NCBI GenBank assembly: GCA_000008885.1
Contig: BA000021.3
Location: forward strand, 600,001-632,000
Reading direction: 5' to 3'
DNA: 32,000 nucleotides
Source of the DNA: Wigglesworthia glossinidia endosymbiont of Glossina brevipalpis
GTDB lineage: Bacteria > Pseudomonadota > Gammaproteobacteria > Enterobacterales > Enterobacteriaceae
Of the stretch, positions 19,557 through 30,571 are shown one piece after another. The notes under the pieces were generated by a model. The model was not told where the DNA came from. It did no database searches and worked only from the letters and a program-made list of their open reading frames with translations. Each line of letters begins with the position of its first letter. Position 1 is the stretch's first letter. Position numbers and translations under genes: made by a program.

Positions 19557-21209
19557 TCATTTTATTGTTGATTCTCTTTTTATATAATTTATCTGACTTT
19601 TAGTAATTCTATTACATAACGGTTTAAATTTATTGATTAAGTGTGGATATAATAGAGGTTTGTTAATATTTTCCCATTTTAATGAAATATTTAAAAAATC
19701 TTCTGTTTTCTTTGATAAATTTGGCAAAATTGGCTTGAGGTAAATCATGATTATATAGAACATATTAATACCCATAGAAGATATTTCATGCAATTTATTT
19801 CTTTTGTCTTTTGACTCTTCTGTTAATTTCCAAGGAGATTTTTTATTAAAATATTGATTAGCTAATTCTGCTAATTTAATTATTTCGTAAATAATAAAAC
19901 TTATATTATTACTTTGAAAGTATTTATTTATTTTTTCTTTTAATGAAGTAAATTTACAATATAATTCATAATTTTCTATCTTATAAGATAGATATCCTTC
20001 AAAATATTTATCAATAAAACTAGAACTACGAGATGCTAGATTTACTATTTTGTTGATTATATTAGAATTAACTTTATTCATAAAATCTGATAAGCTAAAG
20101 TCTATATCTTTAGCACAAGAAGAAATTTTCATAGAAAAGTAATATCTTAGAAAATCAGAATCACAATACTTTAAATAGGTTTTTGCTTTTATAACAAACC
20201 CATTTGATTTAGACATTTTTTCTCCATTTAAGGTTACGTGTCCGTGAACAAATAACTTAGTAGGTTTTTTTAAATTTATACCATGCAATATTGCAGGCCA
20301 AAATAAACTATGAAAATAAATAACATCTTTTCCAATAAACTGATATATTTCACTTTTAGAATTAACATCCCAAAATTCTGAAAAAAAAATTTTTTCTTTT
20401 TTATCACATAAATTTTTAAATGTGCTTAAGTATCCAATAGGGGCATCTAGCCATACATAAAAGTATTTTTCTTTCTCATTAGGTATTTTAAAACCAAAAT
20501 ACGGAGCATCTCTAGATATATCCCAAGGTTTTAGTCCATTTTTAAACCATTCAGAAACTTTTCTTAAATTTTCTTTTTTTAAAACTCCTGAATGTATCCA
20601 TTTTTTTAAAAATTTTTCAAATTTAGGAAGGTCAAAGAATAAATGTTTTGATTTTTTTATTATAGGAACAGATTTTGATAAAATTGATATTGGATTTATT
20701 ACATCAGTAGAACAATAATTTGCGCCGCATATATTGCAATTATCACTATATTGTTTTTCGGAATTACATTCCGGACATTTTCCTTGAATCAATCTATCAG
20801 ATAAAAACATATTAATTTTACAATCATAAAATTGAGAAATATATTTTGAAAATATTAATTTTTTTCTTTTTAATAATTTATATATTAATTTGCAAAATCT
20901 ATAATTTTCTTTGCTATGAGTTAAATAATAATTATCATAACTAATATTAAATTTTGATAGATCATTTTTATGTTCTTTATAAAACAAAAAAACCATTTTC
21001 TCAGGAGAAATTTTGTTTTTTTTAGCTTTTATCATTATTGGAGTACCATGAGAATCATCTGCGCAAATAAAATAAATTTCATTACCTATCATTCGATTAA
21101 ATCTTACCCAGATATCTGCCTGTATATGTTCAAGAATATGTCCAATATGTAATGATCCATTAGCATATGGAAAAGCACAAGTTGTTAATATTTTTTTTCT
21201 ATTTTGCAT
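19557..21209 (-). CDS. metG: Methionyl-tRNA synthetase, lacking C-terminal tRNA-binding domain
   Basis: TCAFPYANGSLHIGHILEHIQADIWVRF, Zn knuckle CPECNSEKQYSDNCNICG, WDISRDAPYFGF, KMSKSNG; 550 aa. Confidence 0.98.
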   Translation of the reverse strand: MQNRKKILTTCAFPYANGSLHIGHILEHIQADIWVRFNRMIGNEIYFICADDSHGTPIMIKAKKNKISPEKMVFLFYKEHKNDLSKFNISYDNYYLTHSKENYRFCKLIYKLLKRKKLIFSKYISQFYDCKINMFLSDRLIQGKCPECNSEKQYSDNCNICGANYCSTDVINPISILSKSVPIIKKSKHLFFDLPKFEKFLKKWIHSGVLKKENLRKVSEWFKNGLKPWDISRDAPYFGFKIPNEKEKYFYVWLDAPIGYLSTFKNLCDKKEKIFFSEFWDVNSKSEIYQFIGKDVIYFHSLFWPAILHGINLKKPTKLFVHGHVTLNGEKMSKSNGFVIKAKTYLKYCDSDFLRYYFSMKISSCAKDIDFSLSDFMNKVNSNIINKIVNLASRSSSFIDKYFEGYLSYKIENYELYCKFTSLKEKINKYFQSNNISFIIYEIIKLAELANQYFNKKSPWKLTEESKDKRNKLHEISSMGINMFYIIMIYLKPILPNLSKKTEDFLNISLKWENINKPLLYPHLINKFKPLCNRITKSQINYIKRESTIK

Positions 21210-21397
21210 TTTTTTATAAAAAATATAAATTTTTTATTTTTTTATATATATATAATAATACATAAATTATATTGTTTTTAATATTTTTATTTATAAGAAT
21301 TTTATAATATAAATAAAAATATTAAAAAATAGTTATTTTGATATTTTTTTAAAAATACTTAAAATATATTTATTAACAAAAACATAAAAGAACTAAT

Positions 21398-21988
21398 ATG
21401 AGATTATGTGATCGCGATATTGAAATTTGGCTAAAAAAAAATAAACTCATTATTACTCCAAGACCCTCTAAAGATAGAATTAATGGAGCTACAGTAGATT
21501 TAAAATTGTGGAATAAATTTAGAATATTCGAAAGTTATAATGCAGCATATATAGACTTTGATTTAATAAGTTCTTTAAAAAATAATAATAGTAACTCTTG
21601 GAATTATAATATGACAAATGAAATAAAAATAAGTGAAAAAGAAAAATTTTTTTTACATCCAGGAGAATTAGTATTAGCTCTAACTTTAGAATCTATAACA
21701 ATTCCAGATAATTTAATTGGATGGCTTGATGGTCGTTCTTCTTTAGCAAGATTTGGTTTGATGGTTCATGCAACGTCTCATCGAATAGATCCAGGATGGT
21801 CTGGAAATATTGTATTAGAGTTTTATAATTCTGGGAAATTACCAATTTTGTTAAGACCTAATATGATTATTGGATCTATTAGCTTTGAATTATTAACAAA
21901 TTCTGCTATTCGTCCATATAATAAGAAGAAAAATGCAAAATATTTAAATCAAATAGATACTGTAATAAAAATTAATAATCTTACATAA
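21398..21988 (+). CDS. dcd: dCTP deaminase
   Basis: [69 protein letters not shown]. Confidence 0.97.
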   Translation: MRLCDRDIEIWLKKNKLIITPRPSKDRINGATVDLKLWNKFRIFESYNAAYIDFDLISSLKNNNSNSWNYNMTNEIKISEKEKFFLHPGELVLALTLESITIPDNLIGWLDGRSSLARFGLMVHATSHRIDPGWSGNIVLEFYNSGKLPILLRPNMIIGSISFELLTNSAIRPYNKKKNAKYLNQIDTVIKINNLT

Positions 21989-22317
21989 GATGTTGTAAAA
22001 AATAAAATATATATTTAATTTACAAAAATATTTCATATAAAATTTTATTTTTATTTATATTTAATATTTAATTAAATGCACTTCTAACAGTTCTTAAGAA
22101 TTAATTATAGATATTAATTTAATTAAAAACAATTTAATTTCTCACTGAGTGAAAAACAATGCTTTTTTAATTTATATAAATATAAATTAATATATATTAA
22201 AATATTAAAGAATGAAATATATTTTAAACTTCTATAAAATAATATTATATTCTGTTTAAATTGATAAAATATATTATACATAAAATATACTAATTATTTA
22301 TCATAGGAACAATAAAC

Positions 22318-23013
22318 ATGAATAAATTACTCTTAGTAGATGATGATAAAGAATTAATTTCTTTATTAAAAGAACTGTTAGAAAAAGAAGGTTTTGAAAT
22401 ACAAGTAGCATATAATGGAGAACAAGCATTATCTAAATTAAATGATACAATTGATTTATTATTATTAGATATAATCATGCCTAAAAAAAATGGAATAGAT
22501 ACTTTAAAAGAAATTAGAAAAAACAAACAACATTTACCAATTATTATGTTAACAGCAAGAGGAAGCGAATTAGACAAGATAATTGGATTAGAATTAGGAG
22601 CAGATGATTATATTTCTAAACCTTTTAATAAAAGAGAATTAGTTGCTCGAATTAAAGCTATTTTAAGAAGATCATATTTATTTAATCAAAAAATATTAGA
22701 TAATAAATCTACAATATTTGTAGATTTATTAAATATTAATCCAGGTCGTCAAGAAGCATATTTTAACAATATTTATTTAAATTTAACAGGTACTGAATTT
22801 TCTTTGTTGTTTTTATTAGCTAAAAATTTGGGCAATGTAGTTTCAAGAGAATACTTAAGTAAAGAGATTTTGGGAAAAAAACTAAATCCATTTGATAGAG
22901 CTATTGATATGCATATTTCTAATTTAAGAAAAAAATTGCCATCTAGAAAAGATTCTAGGCCTTGGTTTAAAACCCTTAGAGGAAAAGGTTATTTAATGGT
23001 TTCTATAACATAA
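22318..23013 (+). CDS. cpxR: OmpR-family response regulator CpxR
   Basis: MNKLLLVDDDKELISLLKELLEKEGF, LLLLDIIMPKKNGIDTLK, LTARGSELDKIIGLELGADDYISKPFNKRELVARI, NPGRQEAYF, GTEFSLL, GKKLNPFDRAIDMHISNLRKKLPSRKD. Confidence 0.96.
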   Translation: MNKLLLVDDDKELISLLKELLEKEGFEIQVAYNGEQALSKLNDTIDLLLLDIIMPKKNGIDTLKEIRKNKQHLPIIMLTARGSELDKIIGLELGADDYISKPFNKRELVARIKAILRRSYLFNQKILDNKSTIFVDLLNINPGRQEAYFNNIYLNLTGTEFSLLFLLAKNLGNVVSREYLSKEILGKKLNPFDRAIDMHISNLRKKLPSRKDSRPWFKTLRGKGYLMVSIT

Positions 23014-23471
23014 TTATAATTTATTAAAATTAATTGTTTATTATTAAAATATATATTATAAATATATTTTTTATTGTTAAAAATTTTTAATTTTTAAAAA
23101 AATTTAATATTATAAAAATATAAAAATTTATTATTTTAAGTTAACTAATAGTAATTAAAAATATTTATTTAAATTTAAAATTAATAAATATCAAATAATA
23201 AATATATTAATAAATAATTAATTTTAATTAATTAAATAAAGATTTAATAAAATTTTGCTTAATAAACAAATAATATTTAAAAAATAATTTATTTGTTAAA
23301 TATTTTAATTGTTTTTTATATCATTAAAGATAATGAAATATATAAAATAAATTTAAATATTTTTAAGGTAAACTAATTTATAAAAAAAAGTAAAACTACA
23401 ATATAAAATTATATTTATTAAATATATTCAATTTTTATTTTATAAAAAAAATAATTTTTAAAAATTTTTTA

Positions 23472-24461
23472 TTATTTTTTGTTTAAAAAAATATTTAAAA
23501 TAGATTTTTTTACTGGTTGATGCATATATAAAATTTTATAAACTTGTTTGATTATAGGCATGTTTATTTTGTGTTTACATGATAAAATTAAAATCTCTTT
23601 AATATTATTGTATCCTTCTATTATACATCCAACTTTTGATTTAGCATTTTCTATGCTATATCCTTGAGCTAGTAATATCCCAAATTTCCTGTTTCTTGAT
23701 TCATCATCAGTACATGTAAGAACAAGGTCTCCTACTCCAGACATTCCCATAAAAGTGTATTCATTGGCCCCCATAACTTTACCCAACTTATACATTTCTT
23801 CTAATCCGTAAGTTATAATAGCTGTTTTAGCGTTAGGACCCATCTGTATTCCATCAGACATACCAGAAGCTATCGCGATAACATTTTTTATCACTCCTCC
23901 TATTTGCACTCCAACTAAATCAGAAATGCTGTATATATTTAAAAATTTATTTTTTAGTTTATTTGCTAAAAATTTACAAGTTTTAATACAATTATTAGCT
24001 AGTACCATTGAAGTCGGTAATCCAATAGCTAGATATCTTGCAAAAGATGGTCCTGATATAATTGACAAACATGTTTCTCTTCCTAAGATATCGTAAACAA
24101 CTTCTTGTAATAGTCTTCCTGTTCTTGGTTCTAACCCTTTAGTTCCACATATTAAAAAAACATTCTTATTTAAGAATGGTTGAATTTTAATTAAAATGTT
24201 TTTAAAACCTATACTAGGAACAGCTATTACAATAGTATTGCTATATTTTATAGCTTTTTTTAAAGAAATTTCTATTTTTAAATCATTAGGAAAATTTATT
24301 TTTGGTAAAAATTTTTTATTGCAACGATCTTTTTTAAGAGATTGCATATGTTTTTTATTTCTACCCCATAAAAACACTTTTCTATTTTTTTTGGAAAAGG
24401 AAACAGCCAGAGCTGTTCCATAAGCTCCAGCTCCAATTACAGTAATTGAGAAATTACTCAA
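23472..24461 (-). CDS. gpsA: Glycerol-3-phosphate dehydrogenase [NAD(P)+]
   Basis: ITVIGAGAYGTALAVSFSKK, LWGRN, KGLEPRTGRLLQEV, SGPSFA, GVIKNVIAIASGMSDGIQMGPNAKTAIITYGLEEM, GMSGVGDLVLTCTDDESRNRKFG. Confidence 0.98.
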   Translation of the reverse strand: MSNFSITVIGAGAYGTALAVSFSKKNRKVFLWGRNKKHMQSLKKDRCNKKFLPKINFPNDLKIEISLKKAIKYSNTIVIAVPSIGFKNILIKIQPFLNKNVFLICGTKGLEPRTGRLLQEVVYDILGRETCLSIISGPSFARYLAIGLPTSMVLANNCIKTCKFLANKLKNKFLNIYSISDLVGVQIGGVIKNVIAIASGMSDGIQMGPNAKTAIITYGLEEMYKLGKVMGANEYTFMGMSGVGDLVLTCTDDESRNRKFGILLAQGYSIENAKSKVGCIIEGYNNIKEILILSCKHKINMPIIKQVYKILYMHQPVKKSILNIFLNKK

Positions 24462-24648
24462 AATATATTACCTTTTCTTATGTACTAATTAGTATTTATT
24501 TTAATAAATAAAATATAAATTAATCATATTTATATTTATATAAATTGAAAAATTTAAATAAATTTATTTTATAATAATTTAAGATATTTTATATATAAAA
24601 TAATAAATTATAATTTAATTTTAAAAATTGTTTAAATTTATAATTATA

Positions 24649-24882
24649 TTATATATTTTTTTTTAAAAATATAATCAAATCTTCATACCCTCCTATATGT
24701 ACTTTATTAATAAATATTTGAGGGACAGTTGTTTTTTTGCTTCTTTTTATCATTTTTGATAAATTAGCTGTACTGTTTTCCACAAAAATTTCTTTAAATT
24801 TTATATTATTTTGTTTTAATAAATTTTTTGCTTTTACACAAAAAGAACATGTACTTTTAATATAAATTTCTACATTTTTCAT
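24649..24882 (-). CDS. grxC: Glutaredoxin 3
   Basis: NVEIYIKSTCSFCVKAKNLL, MIKRSKKTTVPQIFINKVHIGGYEDL; between gpsA and yibN. Confidence 0.93.
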   Translation of the reverse strand: MKNVEIYIKSTCSFCVKAKNLLKQNNIKFKEIFVENSTANLSKMIKRSKKTTVPQIFINKVHIGGYEDLIIFLKKNI

Positions 24883-24906
24883 TTTATATCCTATTTAATA
24901 TAAACT

Positions 24907-25335
24907 TTATAATTTTATTAAAGGCAAGTTATCTGATTTCCATCCGCATATTCCATTTTTTAAAATATAAACATCTATACATTTATTTTTTATGAATTTC
25001 TTTAAGAATTTTTTTGATAAACTTCCATTATAACAAGTTATAATTAGAGGGTTTTTTTTGTTTTTTAATAAGTTTGATAATGAAATTTTATTAAAATTAT
25101 CAAAATTAATATTTAAACTGTTAATAATATGGCCATTTATATAATCTTTTTTATCTCTTAAATCAATTACTATTGCATTATTTTTATTAATTAAACTAAT
25201 AGCTTTATTATTAGATACAGAATTAATGCTATTTATTTTTTTTTGTATAAAAAAAAACAATAACATAGACGCAAGTATTATCCAAGATATAGAAAGTATA
25301 ATATTATTGTTAATAAATTGAATTAATTTACTCAT
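24907..25335 (-). CDS. yibN: Rhodanese-like, membrane-anchored protein YibN
   Basis: N-terminal TM segment (SISWIILASMLLFFF), VIDLRDKKDYINGHIINSLNI, KNGICGWKSDNLPL; adjacent to grxC. Start placed at the internal Met (MSKLIQF) by resemblance to YibN; the ORF track starts at 25353. Confidence 0.85.
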   Translation of the reverse strand: MSKLIQFINNNIILSISWIILASMLLFFFIQKKINSINSVSNNKAISLINKNNAIVIDLRDKKDYINGHIINSLNINFDNFNKISLSNLLKNKKNPLIITCYNGSLSKKFLKKFIKNKCIDVYILKNGICGWKSDNLPLIKL

Positions 25336-25777
25336 ATGATTATCCTTGCACAAATTATTAATAATAATAAATAAAATTTATATTAATTTATAAATTCTTA
25401 TTTATTCAAATAAATTTTTTAATTTAATTTAAAGTTATGTATAAATATTAATATAATAAAAAATATATGTTATTATTAATTTTATTAAAAATGTTTTTAA
25501 TTCTTACAAAAGAATCTAAATTTTTTAAAAAAATATTTTTGCAATAAAAGTTTTTAAAAAAAGCAAAAACATATATAAAATGTTTTAAATAAATCTTGAT
25601 TCTTATCAAGATTAAAGTTACATTTATTACTCAATCAATATTATTTTTTACTCGTTATCTAATTTTAATAATATTTCGAATTAAAATTTATTTGTTTAAA
25701 AAATATGTTTTGAAATATTTTCAAAATTAGTTTTTATTCAAAAAAAAATTAAAATACATATTAACAATAAACCTTAA

Positions 25778-26128
<351 letters not shown>

Positions 26129-26165
26129 TTGATAAAAATTTTAAATTTTAATAAGGATAATAAGA

Positions 26166-26813
26166 ATGCAAGGCCTAATAGGTCGAAAAATAGGTATGAC
26201 TAGAACGTTTAATTCAGACGGATCATCTATTCCAGTTACTGTTATTAAAATAAGTGATAATAAAATTGTACAAATTAAAAAAATTGAAAAAGATGGATAT
26301 TCTTCTATTCAAGTAACAACAGGAGTGAAGAAATTTAGTAGAGAAAATAAATCTATAATAGGTCATTTTAAAAAAAATAAAGTAGAACTGGGAAGGGGTT
26401 TATGGGAATTTAAAGTTGATAAAAATTCAAAATTTTATGTTGGTCAAGTTTTATCAATAAACACATTCATTAATATAAACAAAGTTAATATAACTGGAAT
26501 TTCTAAAGGAAAAGGGTTTTCTGGAACTATGAAAAGATGGAATTTCCATGGACAAGATGCTTCTCACGGAAACTCATTATCTCATAGAGCTCCAGGATCA
26601 ATTGGACAAAATCAGACACCTGGAAAAGTGTTTAAAGGAAAAAAAATGTCTGGGCATCTTGGATATAATAAAAATACTGTAAAGAATTTATTTGTTGTTA
26701 AAATAGACTTAGAACATGAACTTTTATTAATTAAAGGATCAGTTCCAGGATCAAAAGGATCCGATCTTATTATTAAACCAGTAGTTAAATATTTTTCGGA
26801 TAAAGTATTGTAG
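26166..26813 (+). CDS. rplC: 50S ribosomal protein L3
   Basis: [53 protein letters not shown]. Confidence 0.99.
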
Positions 26814-26824
26814 AGGATGTAAAA

Positions 26825-27430
26825 ATGGAACTTCTATGTATAGATTCAAAAGAAAAAGTAAAAATTTCCGAAAAAATATTTGGTCAAAAATTCAATGAGT
26901 CTCTTGTTCATCAAGTTGTTAGATCTTATAGAATAACAAAAAGACAAGGAACTAGCGCACAAAAAAGTAGATCTGAAGTTATTGGATCAGGGAAAAAACC
27001 TTGGCGTCAAAAAGGAACAGGGCGAGCTCGTGCAGGTAGTGTAAAAAGTCCGATATGGAGATCTGGAGGAGTAACTTTTGCAAAAAAAACAAGAGATTTT
27101 AAACATAAAATAAATAAGAAAATGTATAAAAATGCATTAAAAAGTATATTTTCTGAATTATGTAGACAAAATAGAATACTGATAGTAAAAAATTTTTTCG
27201 TAAAATCAGAAAAAACAAAATTATTAAAGAAAAAATTAAATGAAATGAATTTAGAAAATGTATTAATAATATCTAAAACAATAGATAAAAATTTAGTTTT
27301 ATCTTCAAGAAATTTAAATAAAGTACATGTATGCTTTCCTATTAATATAAATCCAATTAATTTAATTTCATTTAAAAAAACTATAATAACAATTGATGCT
27401 ATTAAAATTATTGAGGAAATTTTAACATGA
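26825..27430 (+). CDS. rplD: 50S ribosomal protein L4
   Basis: [58 protein letters not shown]. Confidence 0.99.
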   Translation: MELLCIDSKEKVKISEKIFGQKFNESLVHQVVRSYRITKRQGTSAQKSRSEVIGSGKKPWRQKGTGRARAGSVKSPIWRSGGVTFAKKTRDFKHKINKKMYKNALKSIFSELCRQNRILIVKNFFVKSEKTKLLKKKLNEMNLENVLIISKTIDKNLVLSSRNLNKVHVCFPININPINLISFKKTIITIDAIKIIEEILT

Positions 27431-27732
27431 TTAACAAAAAAGAAAATATTTTTAAAATATTAACTTCCTCATATTCTTCTGAAAAATCATCTATTTTATC
27501 TGAAAAAAATAATACTTTTACTTTTAAAGTATTAAAAAATTCTAAAAAATCCGAAATAAAAAGCTCAATAGAAAAATTTTTTAACGTAAAAGTAAAAAAA
27601 GTAAGAACTGTAATGTTAAAAGGTAAATCAAAAAAACATAAAAATATAATTGGAAAAAGAAAAAATTGGAAAAAAGCATATGTAGTTTTGAAAAAAAATC
27701 AAAAAATAAATCTTATTAAAAATATTGAATAA
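27427..27732 (+). CDS. rplW: 50S ribosomal protein L23
   Basis: [41 protein letters not shown]; position between rplD and rplB. Confidence 0.97.
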   Translation: MINKKENIFKILTSSYSSEKSSILSEKNNTFTFKVLKNSKKSEIKSSIEKFFNVKVKKVRTVMLKGKSKKHKNIIGKRKNWKKAYVVLKKNQKINLIKNIE

Positions 27733-27746
27733 TTTCTGGAAACATA

Positions 27747-28574
27747 ATGACATTAAATAAATGTAACCCAACAACTCCTAGTCGTCGTCATACAGTAAAA
27801 GTTGTTAACAATAAATTGTATAAAGGAAAATCATTTTTTAAATTAACAAAAAGCTTAAATAAATCAGGAGGAAGAAATAATCAAGGTAGAATTACAACTA
27901 GACATATAGGAGGAAGACATAAAAGAAAATATAGATTAATTGATTTTAAAAGAAACAAAGATGATATTTTAGCAAAAGTAAAAAGATTAGAGTATGATCC
28001 AAATAGATCTTCTAATATAGCATTAATTTCGTACGAAGATGGAGAAATGAGATATATTTTAGAAGCAAAAGGATTAAAAATAGGAGATAAAGTTCAATCA
28101 GGTATAAACGCTCCTATAAAAATAGGAAATGCTCTACCAATAAAAATGTTTCCTTTTGGATCAATTTTGCACAATATAGAAATTAAACCAGGAAAAGGTG
28201 GTCAAATAGCTAGATCAGCTGGATCATACGCTCAAGTAGTAACTCACGAAAAAAATTATGTAATTGTTAAATTAAGATCTGGCGAAATAAGAAAAATATT
28301 TTCTGAATGTAAAGCTACATTTGGAGAAGTTGGTAATAGCGAATATATGCTTAAATCTCTTGGAAAAGCTGGAGCAAATCGTTGGAGAGGTATAAGACCA
28401 ACAGTTCGTGGTACAGCAATGAATCCAATAGATCATCCTCATGGAGGAGGAGAAGGAAAAAATTTTGGAAAACACCCAGTATCTCCATGGGGTGTTCAAT
28501 CAAAAGGAAAAAAAACAAGAAAAAATAAAAGAACAGAAAAATATATTTTATATAACAGAAAATATAAAAAATAA
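27747..28574 (+). CDS. rplB: 50S ribosomal protein L2
   Basis: [63 protein letters not shown]. Confidence 0.99.
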   Translation: MTLNKCNPTTPSRRHTVKVVNNKLYKGKSFFKLTKSLNKSGGRNNQGRITTRHIGGRHKRKYRLIDFKRNKDDILAKVKRLEYDPNRSSNIALISYEDGEMRYILEAKGLKIGDKVQSGINAPIKIGNALPIKMFPFGSILHNIEIKPGKGGQIARSAGSYAQVVTHEKNYVIVKLRSGEIRKIFSECKATFGEVGNSEYMLKSLGKAGANRWRGIRPTVRGTAMNPIDHPHGGGEGKNFGKHPVSPWGVQSKGKKTRKNKRTEKYILYNRKYKK

Positions 28575-28590
28575 AAAAGGATTTATTTAT

Positions 28591-28869
28591 ATGCCTAGAT
28601 CTTTAAAAAAAGGACCTTTTATAGATTTTCATTTATTGAAAAAAATAGAAGAAATAAAACAAACAGGAAAAAAAAAACTTATTAGAACTTGGTCTAGACG
28701 TTCGACAATTTTTCCAGATATGATAGGAATGACTATTTCAGTCCATAATGGGAAACAACATATTCCTATTTTTATAGGAGACGAAATGGTTGGTCATAAA
28801 CTTGGAGAATTTGTTCCTACCAGAACTTATAGAGGACATTCTGCTGATAAAAAAATCAAAAAACGTTAA
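28591..28869 (+). CDS. rpsS: 30S ribosomal protein S19
   Basis: [20 protein letters not shown] start at 28591; the ORF-track start at 28441 is an out-of-frame extension into rpl[30 protein letters not shown]. Confidence 0.99.
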   Translation: MPRSLKKGPFIDFHLLKKIEEIKQTGKKKLIRTWSRRSTIFPDMIGMTISVHNGKQHIPIFIGDEMVGHKLGEFVPTRTYRGHSADKKIKKR

Positions 28870-28888
28870 ATAAAAATAAAGGTTTTTT

Positions 28889-29224
28889 ATGGAAACAGTT
28901 GCTCATCATCGTTATGCTAAATCTTCTTCTCAAAAAGTTCGTTTAGTTGCTGATTTAATCAGAGGCTGTGACGCATCAAGAGCTATGGAAATATTAAATT
29001 TTTCTAATAAAAAAGCAGCTAGATTAATAAAAAAGATATTGAAATCTGCAATATCTAATGCAGAACATAATGAAGGAGAAAATATAGAAAATTTAAAGAT
29101 AAAAACAATATATGTTAATCCAGGACCAAGTATAAAAAGAATTATGCCAAGAGCAAAAGGAAGATCAGATAGAATATTAAAACGTACTAGTCATATAACA
29201 ATAGTTTTATCTGGTAAAAAATAA
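28889..29224 (+). CDS. rplV: 50S ribosomal protein L22
   Basis: [60 protein letters not shown]. Confidence 0.98.
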   Translation: METVAHHRYAKSSSQKVRLVADLIRGCDASRAMEILNFSNKKAARLIKKILKSAISNAEHNEGENIENLKIKTIYVNPGPSIKRIMPRAKGRSDRILKRTSHITIVLSGKK

Positions 29225-29240
29225 TTTAGGAGAAATTACA

Positions 29241-29951
29241 ATGGGACAAAAAGTAAATCCAAATGGTATCAGGCTTGGTATAATTAAGTCATGGAGCTCT
29301 ACTTGGTATGCAAATACTAAAGAATTTTCAAAAAATTTAATTAGTGATTTTAAAGTTAGAGAATTTTTAAAAAAGTCTTTATCTAAAGCATATGTATCTA
29401 AGTTAATCATAGAAAGACCTGCGAAAAGTATTAGAATAAATATATATACCGCTAGGCCAGGAATAGTAATCGGAAGAAAAGGGGAAGATGTTGATAAATT
29501 AAGAAAAGAAATATCTAACATTACCGGAGTTCCTGCTCAAATTAGTATTACAGAAATTAAAAGGCCGGAATTAGATGCAAAATTAGTATCAGAAAATATA
29601 GCTTCTCAATTAGAAAGAAGAATTATGTTCAGAAGAGCTATGAAACGTGCAGTACAAAATGCAATTAGATTAGGAGCAAAAGGAATAAAAGTAGAAGTAA
29701 GTGGAAGATTAGGAGGAGCAGAAATAGCAAGAAAAGAATGGTATAGAGAAGGCAGAGTTCCTCTTCATACTTTTAGAGCAGATATAGATTATAATACATC
29801 AGAAGCTCATACAACATATGGAATCATTGGAGTAAAAGTAACAATTTTTAAAGGAGAAATATTAGGAAACTCATCTCCATATATTAATGAAAAAAAATAT
29901 ATGCCCACTAAAAAGGGTAATAAAAAAATTAGAAAATATACAAAGGAATAA
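29241..29951 (+). CDS. rpsC: 30S ribosomal protein S3
   Basis: [80 protein letters not shown]. Confidence 0.99.
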   Translation: MGQKVNPNGIRLGIIKSWSSTWYANTKEFSKNLISDFKVREFLKKSLSKAYVSKLIIERPAKSIRINIYTARPGIVIGRKGEDVDKLRKEISNITGVPAQISITEIKRPELDAKLVSENIASQLERRIMFRRAMKRAVQNAIRLGAKGIKVEVSGRLGGAEIARKEWYREGRVPLHTFRADIDYNTSEAHTTYGIIGVKVTIFKGEILGNSSPYINEKKYMPTKKGNKKIRKYTKE

Positions 29952-29954
29952 TAT

Positions 29955-30365
29955 ATGTTGCAACCAAAACGTACAAAATTTAGGAAAATGCAAAAAGGAA
30001 GGAATAGAGGTTTATCTGTAAATTCCGAAATTAATTTTGGTAAATTTGGCTTAAAAGCAATTCAAAGAGGAAGACTGACTTCGCGTCAAATAGAATCTGC
30101 TAGAAGAGCTATGTCTAGGTCAATAAAACGTCAAGGAAAAATTTGGATTAGAGTGTTTCCAGATAAACCAATTACTAAAAAACCTTTAGAAGTAAGAATG
30201 GGAAAAGGAAAAGGAAATGTTGAATATTGGGTTGCTTTAATACAGCCAGGTAAAATTTTGTATGAAATAGATGAAGTTTCAGAAACCATAGCTAGATATG
30301 CTTTTAAATTGGCAACAGCTAAGCTTCCCATTACAACTACATTTGTTAATAAAATGGTGATGTAA
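29955..30365 (+). CDS. rplP: 50S ribosomal protein L16
   Basis: [79 protein letters not shown]. Confidence 0.99.
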   Translation: MLQPKRTKFRKMQKGRNRGLSVNSEINFGKFGLKAIQRGRLTSRQIESARRAMSRSIKRQGKIWIRVFPDKPITKKPLEVRMGKGKGNVEYWVALIQPGKILYEIDEVSETIARYAFKLATAKLPITTTFVNKMVM

Positions 30366-30571
30366 TGAATTTAAAAAATTTAAGAAAAAAAAACAAAAAA
30401 GAACTTAACAATGAATTACTAAATTTACTACGTGAACAATTTAATTTGCGCATGCAAGCTGGAAATGGACAATTGCAACACACTCATCTTTTAAAAGAAG
30501 TACGTAAAAATCTTGCTTATGTAAAAATGTTAATTAATGAAGAAAAAAAAGGTAGAAATAATAATGGGTAA
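30365..30571 (+). CDS. rpmC: 50S ribosomal protein L29
   Basis: [46 protein letters not shown]; start overlaps the rplP stop. Confidence 0.97.
   Translation: MNLKNLRKKNKKELNNELLNLLREQFNLRMQAGNGQLQHTHLLKEVRKNLAYVKMLINEEKKGRNNNG

Noticed and set aside
20970-21152. Plus-strand ORF over metG
   Set aside because: Antisense shadow of the catalytic domain.
22290-22577. Minus-strand ORF over cpxR
   Set aside because: Antisense shadow; cpxR is clearly the real gene.
23014-23471. Possible cpxA remnant or small RNA downstream of cpxR
   Set aside because: No CpxA-like residues or stable GC-containing hairpin could be picked out by eye; treated as eroded spacer.
24196-24423. Plus-strand ORF over gpsA
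   Set aside because: Antisense shadow of the conserved gpsA N-terminus.
28272-28590. Minus-strand ORF 28272-28499 and the upstream extension of rpsS from 28441
   Set aside because: Both overlap the conserved rplB C-terminus; S19 clearly begins at [10 protein letters not shown] (28591).
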